DNA of 32,000 nucleotides, taken from Copranaerobaculum intestinale. GTDB lineage: Bacteria; Bacillota_I; Bacilli_A; Erysipelotrichales; Erysipelotrichaceae. The notes beneath the pieces are model-generated. The model searched no databases. It was not told where the DNA came from and worked only from the letters and a program-made list of their open reading frames with translations. The translations under genes and the position numbers were made by a program. Positions within the stretch are counted from its first letter, which is position 1; every line of letters begins with the position of its first letter. Below, one piece after another: positions 9,229 to 16,932 of the stretch. The stretch spans positions 90,001 through 122,000 of the forward strand of contig NZ_WUUQ01000002.1 in assembly GCF_009831105.1 (NCBI RefSeq), written 5' to 3'.

Positions 9229-9251
9229 GCTGTCTTCGGACAGCTTTATTT
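9227..9251 (+). terminator. Intrinsic terminator after the SBP gene
   Basis: Stem aagctgtc/gacagctt with a ttcg tetraloop, then a T-rich tail. Confidence 0.7.
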
Positions 9252-9309
9252 GTATCTTAATTTCTATTGAAACAGAAGAATGTTATAATAAAGCACAGGA
9301 GATGGTGTC

Positions 9310-10038
9310 ATGAAGCGAAGCAGCCGTTACGGTTCAATAATCCTTTTGCTGATCGTATGGTATGTAATTGCGATTCAGCTGAATAATGAATTTCGTTTAC
9401 CGAATCCCGCTGATGTGGGGATGCGGATGATGCAGCAGTTGACATCACCGGAGTTTTTCAATGCGGTATCGATTACGCTGATTCGTTCGCTAGTTGGACT
9501 TGCTGTCGCCTTTGTGCTGGCGATGCTGTTAGCATTGCTTTCCAGCTATCATCCGCTCGCACGGGAAATGCTTTCACCGATTATATTGGTGACCAAGAGC
9601 ATTCCGAATATTTCATATATCATCCTAGTATTGATTTGGTTTGGTCGGGAGATCAGCGCGATTATCATAACCTTTTTGATTCTCTTTCCCGCTTTTTATT
9701 CTGCCTTTTTAGAAGGACTGCTGTCCATGGATGATAAGCTGAAACGGGTTATGCGTCTTTATAAAGAAAAAACGTTACGAGAAATACGAATGGTAAGACT
9801 GCCGATGCTTCGTCCTTTTATTCGGGGATCGCTGTTGAGCGGGATTGGACTAGCCTTTAAGGTAGGGGTGATGGCAGAAATTCTCGGTCAGGTTTCTTAT
9901 GGAATTGGTCGGGAGCTTCAGTATTGCCGCACTGATTTGGATATGGTAGGCATTTTTGCTTGGACTGGATGGATTATCTTTATCTTGATTATTTTGGATT
10001 GGGTAATCGGTAAATTTTTTGATGCAACAGAGGTATAA
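9310..10038 (+). CDS. ABC transporter permease, NitT/TauT (SsuC/TauC/ThiX-like) family
   Basis: About 6 hydrophobic segments. N-terminal pattern LPNPADV...ITLIRSLVG and VTKSIPNISYIILVLIWFG are typical of this permease family. SD AGGAGA lies 7 nt upstream. Confidence 0.8.
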   Translation: MKRSSRYGSIILLLIVWYVIAIQLNNEFRLPNPADVGMRMMQQLTSPEFFNAVSITLIRSLVGLAVAFVLAMLLALLSSYHPLAREMLSPIILVTKSIPNISYIILVLIWFGREISAIIITFLILFPAFYSAFLEGLLSMDDKLKRVMRLYKEKTLREIRMVRLPMLRPFIRGSLLSGIGLAFKVGVMAEILGQVSYGIGRELQYCRTDLDMVGIFAWTGWIIFILIILDWVIGKFFDATEV

Positions 10039-10065
10039 GTATCGCACACTAGCGATACTTTTTTA
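10038..10065 (+). terminator. Intrinsic terminator after the permease
   Basis: Stem agtatcgc/gcgatact followed by TTTTT. Confidence 0.75.
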
Positions 10066-10243
10066 TTAAGGGTATAAGAATCGTTTCGATCATGTTCATG
10101 CATTGTTTTTTTCCAAGAATTGAATGTACGTTTGATCATGTCCTACTCCCGCTTTATTCATTTATTTATCACTCATTAATATAGGATTTTTATATCAAAA
10201 AACGATGAACTACAGGAGATTATAAAATTATCTGTTTTTAGTA

Positions 10244-10272
10244 TTGACTTTCATTAAATGATTGTCTATATT
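10244..10272 (+). promoter_or_regulatory. Sigma-A-type promoter for psuK-psuG
   Basis: TTGACT, a 17-nt spacer, then TATATT. Confidence 0.55.
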
Positions 10273-10323
10273 ATAAGCATAAGATTATTAGTATAAACAT
10301 ATGATTATTGAGAGGAGTTCGTT

Positions 10324-11409
10324 ATGACAGACAGAGAACGGCAGATACTTGCCTGGATCGAAGAGAATCCAATGATTTCTCAGCAGGAACTCGCTTCCCT
10401 GGCCGGTATCACAAGGTCGTCGGTCGCTGTGCATATTTCACGGCTTATGAAGCAGGGATTGATACAGGGCAAAGGTTATATTATTCAAAAAGATCCGTAT
10501 ATGGTCGTTGTTGGCGGGGCAAACATGGATATCTCAGGTCGGCCGTATAAGAAATTGATTTATCAGGATTCCAATCCTGGCTGTACCCATTTATCGCACG
10601 GTGGAGTTGGACGCAATATCGCTCATAACCTGGCGCTGCTCGGTGAGGATGTCAAACTGCTGACAGCATTTGGTGAAGACGATTACGCTTCTATGATTTC
10701 TGAGGGCTGCCGCAATGCGGGAATTGATATCTCCTATGCGGTAACGATTCCTCAGGCAAAAACCTCAACGTATCTCTTTATCGCTGATGAGCAAGGGGAT
10801 ATGGTGCTTGCGGTATCCGATATGGATATTTATCAGCACATTACACCGGAATTAATCGCTGGAAAACAGCGGTTGATTGACGGAGCCAGCGTTTTGATAG
10901 CCGATACGAATATTTCTCGTGAATCATTACATTATTTGGCGGAAAACTGTCCGTGCCCGCTGTTTATTGATCCGGTATCAACGACAAAGGCGAGAAAACT
11001 GGAGGGGATGCTTTCTCATATTCATACCCTGAAACCAAATCGGATCGAAGCCGAGCTACTCAGCGGCATTCCCATTAAATGTGAGGCGGATCTGAAAAAA
11101 GCAGCAGATAAGCTTTTGGAGGAGGGAATTCAGCAAGTATTCATCTCATTGGGTGCAGATGGTGTCTACTGTGCTGATCGTAAGGAGCATATCCATTTGA
11201 AAGCGCCGAAACAGGAAATTGTGAATACGACCGGCGCCGGCGACAGCTTCATGGCAGCCTTGGCATGGGGATGGAAACAGGGCTACTCGCTGTTGGATCA
11301 AGCACGTGCCGGTATGAGCGCTGCATCAATCTGCATTCAGGATGAAGCGACGATCTCATCAAAATTAAATCAGGAATCAATCTTAGAAACCATGAAGGTT
11401 CATAAATAA
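10324..11409 (+). CDS. psuK: Winged-HTH domain fused to a PfkB-family kinase (putative pseudouridine kinase)
   Basis: N-terminal about 55 aa HTH (ISQQELASLAGITRSSVAVHISRLMKQGLI). PfkB body with VVGGANMD and NTTGAGDSF motifs. It lies immediately upstream of psuG. Confidence 0.8.
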   Translation: MTDRERQILAWIEENPMISQQELASLAGITRSSVAVHISRLMKQGLIQGKGYIIQKDPYMVVVGGANMDISGRPYKKLIYQDSNPGCTHLSHGGVGRNIAHNLALLGEDVKLLTAFGEDDYASMISEGCRNAGIDISYAVTIPQAKTSTYLFIADEQGDMVLAVSDMDIYQHITPELIAGKQRLIDGASVLIADTNISRESLHYLAENCPCPLFIDPVSTTKARKLEGMLSHIHTLKPNRIEAELLSGIPIKCEADLKKAADKLLEEGIQQVFISLGADGVYCADRKEHIHLKAPKQEIVNTTGAGDSFMAALAWGWKQGYSLLDQARAGMSAASICIQDEATISSKLNQESILETMKVHK

Positions 11410-11422
11410 AGGAGCGAATAAC

Positions 11423-12346
11423 ATGAAGAATTTAGAACAGTATTTAGAAGTATCGGCAGAAGTAAAACAGGCATTGGCTGAAGGGAAACCAGTCGTAGCG
11501 CTGGAATCCACAATTATTTCACACGGCATGCCTTATCCTCAAAATGTCGAAACCGCATTGAATGTGGAAAAAGTCGTACGTGAAAACGGTGCGGTGCCGG
11601 CGACGATTGCGATCATCCAGGGTAAACTGAAAGTCGGCATTTCAAAGGATGAAATTGATTACATCGGTAAAAAGGGTTTGCAGGTGATCAAGGCCAGCCG
11701 CCGTGATTTGCCGGTGCTGTGTGCTCGTAAGGAAGACGGAGCGACTACAGTAGCGGCTACAATGATTCTTGCCCACATGGCCGGCATTTCTGTCTTTGCA
11801 ACCGGTGGTGTTGGCGGGGTTCACCGCGGGGCTGAAACAACAATGGATATCTCCGCTGATTTGGAGGAGTTATCAGAAACTCCGGTCATGGTAGTATGTG
11901 CCGGCGCCAAATCGATTCTGGACTTAGGTTTAACGATGGAATACCTGGAAACAAAGGGTGTTGCCGTATTCGGATATCAAACTGATGAGCTGCCTGCTTT
12001 CTATACGCGTAAGAGCGGCTTTAAAGTTGATTATCGTATGGATACCCCGGAAGAACTGGCTCGAGTATTCCACGTCAAGGAACAGTTAGGGATGCGCGGC
12101 GGTATGCTGGTAACCAATCCGATTCCAGAAGAATATGCAATGGATCATGATTACATTAGCAAATCGATTGAAGAAGCAGTAGAAGAAGCGAATCGTCTTG
12201 GTATCAAAGGAAAAGAAACAACGCCGTTCTTGCTGGATAAGATTCAGAAGATTACCGGCGGAACTTCGCTGGAAGCGAATATCCAGCTGGTATATAACAA
12301 TGCCCGATTAGCTTCCGCAATCGCAGCGGATTTATCAAAATGTTAA
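11423..12346 (+). CDS. psuG: Pseudouridine-5'-phosphate glycosidase
   Basis: ALESTIISHGMPYPQN and VCAGAKSILD motifs of the IndA/PsuG family; 307 aa. Confidence 0.9.
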   Translation: MKNLEQYLEVSAEVKQALAEGKPVVALESTIISHGMPYPQNVETALNVEKVVRENGAVPATIAIIQGKLKVGISKDEIDYIGKKGLQVIKASRRDLPVLCARKEDGATTVAATMILAHMAGISVFATGGVGGVHRGAETTMDISADLEELSETPVMVVCAGAKSILDLGLTMEYLETKGVAVFGYQTDELPAFYTRKSGFKVDYRMDTPEELARVFHVKEQLGMRGGMLVTNPIPEEYAMDHDYISKSIEEAVEEANRLGIKGKETTPFLLDKIQKITGGTSLEANIQLVYNNARLASAIAADLSKC

Positions 12347-12381
12347 AAAAATCCTGTCGTTAACCGACAGAATTTTTTTTT
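12344..12381. terminator. Bidirectional terminator between convergent psuG and dcd
   Basis: Stem ctgtcg/cgacag flanked by A7 on the left and T9 on the right. It overlaps the dcd stop. Confidence 0.65.
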
Positions 12382-12914
12382 GTGATTTCTTGGTCCAGAT
12401 AGACACGGGAACCGGTAGCGCCCTTTTGCCCCTGATACTTTCCCCGATAGGGATGCAAAGCCGCTTCATCCATTTGCGCAAACACCAGCTGCCCGACTCT
12501 GCGTCCGGCATGAAGCTTGATGGCACAGCGGTTGGCATTGAACAGCTCCAATGTAATCTCGCCTTCAAATCCAGGATCGACCCAACCGGCATTTTGAATG
12601 AACAGCCCCATGCGTCCCAAAGAGCTGCGGCCTTCCACAAAAGCAGTCAGATTATCCGGAAGCTTTATGTATTCTCGGGTCGTAGCCAATACAAATTGAC
12701 CGGGCAGCAGGATATATGTATCAGACTTCATTCTTTTATAGGTAATTTCTTGTTCCAGATCAATCACCCCATCAGTAGAATCCTCAACAATACTAAAGGT
12801 ATTTCCCAGGCGTATATCGACGCTAGCAGGCTGAATTTGTTCTTCATCGATCGGTGTAATCACAAGCCTTTGGTTTTGCATCATACAATGAATCGTCTTA
12901 TCAGATAAAATCAT
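12360..12914 (-). CDS. dcd: dCTP deaminase
   Basis: N-terminus MILSDKTI...[17 protein letters not shown] and the ...GRSSLGR... core; canonical 184 aa size. Confidence 0.9.
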   Translation of the reverse strand: MILSDKTIHCMMQNQRLVITPIDEEQIQPASVDIRLGNTFSIVEDSTDGVIDLEQEITYKRMKSDTYILLPGQFVLATTREYIKLPDNLTAFVEGRSSLGRMGLFIQNAGWVDPGFEGEITLELFNANRCAIKLHAGRRVGQLVFAQMDEAALHPYRGKYQGQKGATGSRVYLDQEITKKNSVG

Positions 12915-12950
12915 AACTGTACCTCACTGAATAATTATATTATATCATAT

Positions 12951-12980
12951 AAAAAGCCGGTCCTGATGACCGGCAATTTT
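12951..12980 (-). terminator. Terminator downstream of tRNA-Pro
   Basis: Stem gccggtc/gaccggc. On the minus strand it is followed by TTTTT. Confidence 0.7.
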
Positions 12981-12985
12981 ATCAA

Positions 12986-13062
12986 TGGTCGGGATGACAG
13001 GATTTGAACCTGCGACCCCTTACTCCCGAAGCAAGTGCACTACCAAGCTGTGCTACATCCCG
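12986..13062 (-). tRNA. tRNA-Pro (anticodon CGG), CCA encoded
   Basis: The reverse complement folds as a 77-nt cloverleaf: acceptor CGGGATG/CATCCCG, anticodon stem CTTGC/GTAAG with loop TTCGGGA, and T-loop GGTTCAAATCC. Confidence 0.9.
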
Positions 13063-13075
13063 ATGACCACTACTA

Positions 13076-13103
13076 ATTTTAGCAGTTTATTTGAAAATTT
13101 CAA
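13076..13103 (-). promoter_or_regulatory. Promoter of tRNA-Pro
   Basis: On the minus strand: TTGAAA, a 16-nt spacer, TAAAAT, ending about 13 nt upstream of the tRNA 5' end. Confidence 0.6.
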
Positions 13104-13211
13104 TCTCTTTTTATCTTTTTTATGATACAGTTCAGTATATGTGCCCAAAATGGAAGTATGCTCGGTGTTTTTTGAATGTTTTATCGGCTTGCCGAAATTG
13201 TTAAGCCTTAT

Positions 13212-13239
13212 AAAAAAGCCGGTTTATTAATCACCGGCT
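13212..13239 (-). terminator. Terminator of the hydrolase gene
   Basis: Stem agccggt/accggct overlapping the stop codon, with a T-run on the minus strand (A6 on plus). Confidence 0.65.
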
Positions 13240-14057
13240 TTGGCTTCGCTGACCGCATCATCAGGTTCTTCATCATCAGGATATAGTTGCTTTTTTAATT
13301 CATCGAGATAATCCGGAGAATGAAGCTTAGGTTCTTTTGGAAGCAGTATCCCATTAAAGAATAAACGAATCAGCTGATACACCTCCCAGCTCACTTTTTC
13401 ATCCATCAATAAACGATGATGTCCTTCATGAAGGATGATCAGACGCTTTTGATCATGGGGGATCTTGTCGTATGCCTGGGTCGAACTGCGCAGCGGAATT
13501 ACCTCATCCTCATCACCATGCAGTATCAGTACCGGGCAATGCACTTCACTGATACAGTGCTTTAATTCCTTGACCGTATTAGAAAATGCCGCATAAAATG
13601 ATTTCGGCAGCTCAATATCATTCTTTTCTTTTTTATCATTGAGCAGCAGGGCCGAAGCGCCCTTTGTAATCATGGATGTGATATTTTCAACGTGCAGATA
13701 GTTAAAGGCAGGAGCGATCAGCACCAGCCGTTCTACCGGACATACCGAGGCCAAATATGATGCGATGACTCCGCCCATTGAAAATCCTACCATATAAATT
13801 CTGCGATTCTGCATGATATAATAGTCAACCTTGGCCTTTGCCCGATTTACCCATTTCATCCAATCACAGTCTTTTTCATCAAATATATCAAATAGATCGA
13901 ACTGGATGATATCCAGTCCATCCTCCTTGCCCCACAGCGCTAGATTGTCTAATTCATGCATTCTGCGTCGGCCATAACCATGTACGGTAATAATGACCGG
14001 AGCCTCTTCATGCTTCTGCGGATTCAGCCATTTTTTGAATATTTCTAACACTCGCAT
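13227..14057 (-). CDS. Alpha/beta-fold serine hydrolase (esterase/lipase-like)
   Basis: Nucleophile elbow GFSMGG, HGYG oxyanion region, and late HGDEDEVIP and HEGHH motifs, with an acidic C-terminal tail. The start is uncertain: ATG 14057 or GTG 14051 follow SD AGAGGTG. The track start at 14093 (GTG) would include a TGGTATAAT -10 box. Confidence 0.75.
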   Translation of the reverse strand: MRVLEIFKKWLNPQKHEEAPVIITVHGYGRRRMHELDNLALWGKEDGLDIIQFDLFDIFDEKDCDWMKWVNRAKAKVDYYIMQNRRIYMVGFSMGGVIASYLASVCPVERLVLIAPAFNYLHVENITSMITKGASALLLNDKKEKNDIELPKSFYAAFSNTVKELKHCISEVHCPVLILHGDEDEVIPLRSSTQAYDKIPHDQKRLIILHEGHHRLLMDEKVSWEVYQLIRLFFNGILLPKEPKLHSPDYLDELKKQLYPDDEEPDDAVSEAKAGD

Positions 14058-14070
14058 CACCTCTTTTTTC

Positions 14071-14079
14071 ATTATACCA
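14071..14079 (-). promoter_or_regulatory. Extended -10 element (TGGTATAAT) for the hydrolase gene
   Basis: Read on the minus strand directly upstream of the SD. No good -35 was seen. Confidence 0.45.
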
Positions 14080-14143
14080 TGCCAACTGTGCACAAAGGAA
14101 AAAATGATTAGAAGTTTTATCGTTCATACCGTATAATGAAGGT

Positions 14144-14959
14144 ATGGAAAAACATCGCTATGAACACGCTTATTATTCATCAAAAGCAACCCTGCTGATC
14201 CGCCATATTCATTGTTTATATACAATGGAAGAAAAGAATGGAAAACCCATTCTTTTTCGGGATGCTTTTTTGGCGGTGCACCATGATTTTATCATGGCGA
14301 TGGGTTCAGGCGATGGTCTTGTATACTGTGATAAGGATACAAAGATCATTGATGCTTACGATGCTTGTGTAGTTCCTGGATTCATCGATGCCGGTTTTCA
14401 TTTTCTCTCATTAAAAGCCGCAGCACATGATACGGATCATGAACTACTGATGCAGGCACGCAGGATCCTCGCTGCCATGACCGCCGGCGGTACGACGACG
14501 ATCGGTCTGCTGCCCTATGAAGATAAGGAACTGCAGAAACGGATGAGCAGAGTATATGAGTCGCTGCGAAAACTGCATGAGGTTACACTGATGGATGCTC
14601 CTGCGCAAATGGATACCTTGCTTTGTCATAATTCTCATGGATTAAGTCCTAAAAACCAGCCATTTTGTATCAGTGCTGGAACCCATGGTATCATAAATGA
14701 TCTGTTTCTGGCTGCCAAGCTGTATTATCATCGAACTCGGCAAAATCCTTATGAAATAGTAAAAGCAATCACTGCATACCCGGCAGCAGCGCTGCGAATC
14801 GAAAATGAGCGGGGTACCCTAAAGCCGGACTTGCAGGCAGATTTTGTAATGCTTCAATGTCCTGATCTGGAAACTGCTTTCTCAGCGTTGGCTCCCTCCT
14901 TGATAGCGCGAGTTTACCGCGAAGGCAACTGTATCTGGGAAGGAAGACTTCATCAATGA
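14144..14959 (+). CDS. Amidohydrolase-superfamily-like protein, shortened and with a degenerate metal site
   Basis: N-terminal beta-sandwich-type start (LLIRHIHCLYTM) and C-terminal GTLKPDLQADFVML are typical of the family. The usual PGFID-HxH reads VVPGFIDAGFHF, and the protein is only 271 aa. The SD is weak. Confidence 0.6.
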   Translation: MEKHRYEHAYYSSKATLLIRHIHCLYTMEEKNGKPILFRDAFLAVHHDFIMAMGSGDGLVYCDKDTKIIDAYDACVVPGFIDAGFHFLSLKAAAHDTDHELLMQARRILAAMTAGGTTTIGLLPYEDKELQKRMSRVYESLRKLHEVTLMDAPAQMDTLLCHNSHGLSPKNQPFCISAGTHGIINDLFLAAKLYYHRTRQNPYEIVKAITAYPAAALRIENERGTLKPDLQADFVMLQCPDLETAFSALAPSLIARVYREGNCIWEGRLHQ

Positions 14960-15022
14960 CAAAGCTCGACTTTTCTTGCATGTGGTAATTGTTATGATTA
15001 TCTATATGTGAGGAGTGAGAAT

Positions 15023-15493
15023 ATGGAAATCGTAAAAAAAGATACCAATAAAAAAAGCAGTATCGTACTCATCCCCGATCATTGTCCTAATCCGGCGATG
15101 ATCAATGAATTCCAAACTGCTTTTTTTACGTTTCGTGTAAATCGTCTGGAGCTGGTCGAGAAAGAACTTTGCGGCTATGAAATCAGTCCTGAAGCGCAGT
15201 ATTTGGTTGCGGATATAGCCATTCGAAATAATACCAATGAAATCTTAAGCATGTTTAAAGGTGATTTTCTCATTGCCTTTGACAAAGAGGCGCCGTTTGA
15301 AGCAGAAGATTATTTCGGAGTTGATCATCAGCTGCCCAATGAATATGCGTTAAAGCCAAACGAAAAAATTAGCGGAAAATTAGTCTATATCATTGCCAGA
15401 GGTGCTTCGAAGATCAGCATTCGCTACACCGAGTATTTCGAAGATGATACGCAAGGTAAGACCTATCGCCTGAAATACCGTTTAAAAGAATAA
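15023..15493 (+). CDS. Hypothetical protein (beta-rich, no signal peptide)
   Basis: AGGAG lies 7 nt upstream of ATG 15023; the track start at 15008 is GTG and contains the SD. A terminator follows. I did not recognise any family motif with confidence. Confidence 0.65.
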   Translation: MEIVKKDTNKKSSIVLIPDHCPNPAMINEFQTAFFTFRVNRLELVEKELCGYEISPEAQYLVADIAIRNNTNEILSMFKGDFLIAFDKEAPFEAEDYFGVDHQLPNEYALKPNEKISGKLVYIIARGASKISIRYTEYFEDDTQGKTYRLKYRLKE

Positions 15494-15497
15494 AAAA

Positions 15498-15517
15498 AGG
15501 TATGCCTGATACCTTTT
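15498..15517. terminator. Bidirectional terminator between the hypothetical gene and mscL
   Basis: Stem aggtat/atacct flanked by A7 (left) and TTT (right). A second hairpin, gctgaca/tgtcagc at 15522-15540, is followed by T6. Confidence 0.65.
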
Positions 15518-15535
15518 ATGAGCTGACAAGTTCTG

Positions 15536-16009
15536 TCAGCTTTTTTCATTTTCTTCCAGAAGAGACGTACAGTGCGGGCAGCGAGTAGCGTCGATCGCGA
15601 TTTCACTTTTACAGAAGGGACAGATTTTACTTTGCGGGATTGCAGCTTCTGCGGCTTTTTTGATACGGGTGTGATTAATCAGAGTATTCATTGTTTTCAC
15701 CAGCAAAAAGATCACAAAAGCCATAATCAGAAAGTTGATGACGGCGGTTAAAAAGGTTCCATAATTCAGGGTGGCAACGCCGGCAGCTTTCGCCGCATTC
15801 AGGGTTTCATAATGTTTGCCGTCAAAAGCCAAAAACCAGTTGTTGAAATCAATGCCTCCGGTAATCAAAGAAATAATCGGCATAATCACATCATCCACCA
15901 GTGAGGCGATAATTTTCTGGAAGGCGCCGCCGATGATGACCGCAACTGCCAAGTCAAGGACATTGCCTCGTAATATAAACGCTTTAAATTCTTCAAGAAA
16001 TTTTTTCAT
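15536..16009 (-). CDS. mscL: Large-conductance mechanosensitive channel MscL with a C-terminal CxxC-x10-CxxC extension
   Basis: N-terminus [30 protein letters not shown] is the MscL signature, and two TM helices are present. The tail is [18 protein letters not shown]. The start ATG overlaps the merR stop (ATGA). Confidence 0.9.
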   Translation of the reverse strand: MKKFLEEFKAFILRGNVLDLAVAVIIGGAFQKIIASLVDDVIMPIISLITGGIDFNNWFLAFDGKHYETLNAAKAAGVATLNYGTFLTAVINFLIMAFVIFLLVKTMNTLINHTRIKKAAEAAIPQSKICPFCKSEIAIDATRCPHCTSLLEENEKS

Positions 16010-16839
16010 ATACTTTCTCCTTTATTTAGTTCTAAGGTAATTTCGGTTACATATTCAGCACTGTTACTGACAGTATACATATCAGAAATGGAAAATTCAT
16101 AGGCGGGCCCTTTTACGGTATATCCATGATCCTCAATATATTGAAGCAAAAGCTGATAAGGCTTGGAAAAATCCTCATAATTGCCTTTAAAATAAATACA
16201 TACGTAATCACCGGCAGGAATGGTTCGATAAAAGGGATCTTTCATAGGCTTATCAATAAGCGTAAAGATTGAGGCGTTTATATCCGGAAGTCCGTTTTTA
16301 ATATTTTGCAGCGTGGTAGTGCTGCCCAACTGATAGTTAAAATCAATATTTTGCTTGCGCAGATACATCATCAGCTTTTTGATTGAAATGTTGAACTGCA
16401 GTAAATCACCCGGCTGCTCCATCGGTATTTCAATCACATGACGGAGCGGAAAGTGATGAATGAACGGAACGTCGAACACAAATTCCTCCTGTGCGTAATC
16501 TCGAAATACCGCCAGCTTGTTGGTAATTTTATCTTTGGTGCGTTTGAGGGAACGGATTTTCTCATCGATACGTTTTTGCTGCTGTTCAAATAGCTCAATG
16601 CTGGAAGAAACCGTTCGTTTTTTTAGATAATCCTGAATCTGCTTGAGCGGTACGCCCAAATCCTTCAGTAAAAGAATTACATCAAGAATTGCAAATTCAT
16701 CCATGGAATAATAGCGGTAATTGTTGCTTGGGTCTACTTTGTACGGTTTTAATAGACCAATTGTATCATAATAGATCAGGGTCTGCTTTGATATGTGATG
16801 AATTTTGGCAGTATCGCCGATTGAAAATACGGTTTTCAT
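16006..16839 (-). CDS. MerR-family transcriptional regulator with a GyrI-like effector domain (BmrR-like)
   Basis: N-terminal MerR HTH ([28 protein letters not shown]), a coiled-coil linker, and a C-terminal domain of about 150 aa ending YEFSI...VTEI, as in GyrI-like binders. Confidence 0.88.
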   Translation of the reverse strand: MKTVFSIGDTAKIHHISKQTLIYYDTIGLLKPYKVDPSNNYRYYSMDEFAILDVILLLKDLGVPLKQIQDYLKKRTVSSSIELFEQQQKRIDEKIRSLKRTKDKITNKLAVFRDYAQEEFVFDVPFIHHFPLRHVIEIPMEQPGDLLQFNISIKKLMMYLRKQNIDFNYQLGSTTTLQNIKNGLPDINASIFTLIDKPMKDPFYRTIPAGDYVCIYFKGNYEDFSKPYQLLLQYIEDHGYTVKGPAYEFSISDMYTVSNSAEYVTEITLELNKGESI

Positions 16840-16861
16840 AAGTCACCTCTAATTTTTTTGC

Positions 16862-16892
16862 TTGACATTATAGTTACTATATCCTTTATTAT
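16862..16892 (+). promoter_or_regulatory. MerR-type promoter and operator of the MATE gene
   Basis: TTGACA (16862-16867), a 19-nt spacer, then TATTAT (16887-16892). The spacer contains the dyad TATAG-TTA-CTATA (16869-16881). An over-long 19-bp spacer with a central dyad is the MerR-family hallmark. Confidence 0.6.
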
Positions 16893-16932
16893 AGGACAGG
16901 ATAGATGTAATAGCAAGAAAGGAAGGGATAAA

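Noticed and set aside
9918-10139. Minus-strand 73-aa ORF with a good SD (GGGAG, 6 nt) starting at 10139.
   Set aside because: It reads straight through the permease terminator hairpin and overlaps 120 nt of the permease 3' end. It has no recognisable motif or convincing promoter. At most it is a remnant of the 5' end of a lost gene.
12986-13062. tRNA-Pro and tRNA-His (27904-27981) as integration sites of genomic islands.
   Set aside because: No integrase is adjacent, I saw no duplicated tRNA 3' end nearby, and the flanking genes are ordinary metabolic genes. The only recombinase is about 7 kb from tRNA-Pro and about 22 kb from tRNA-His.
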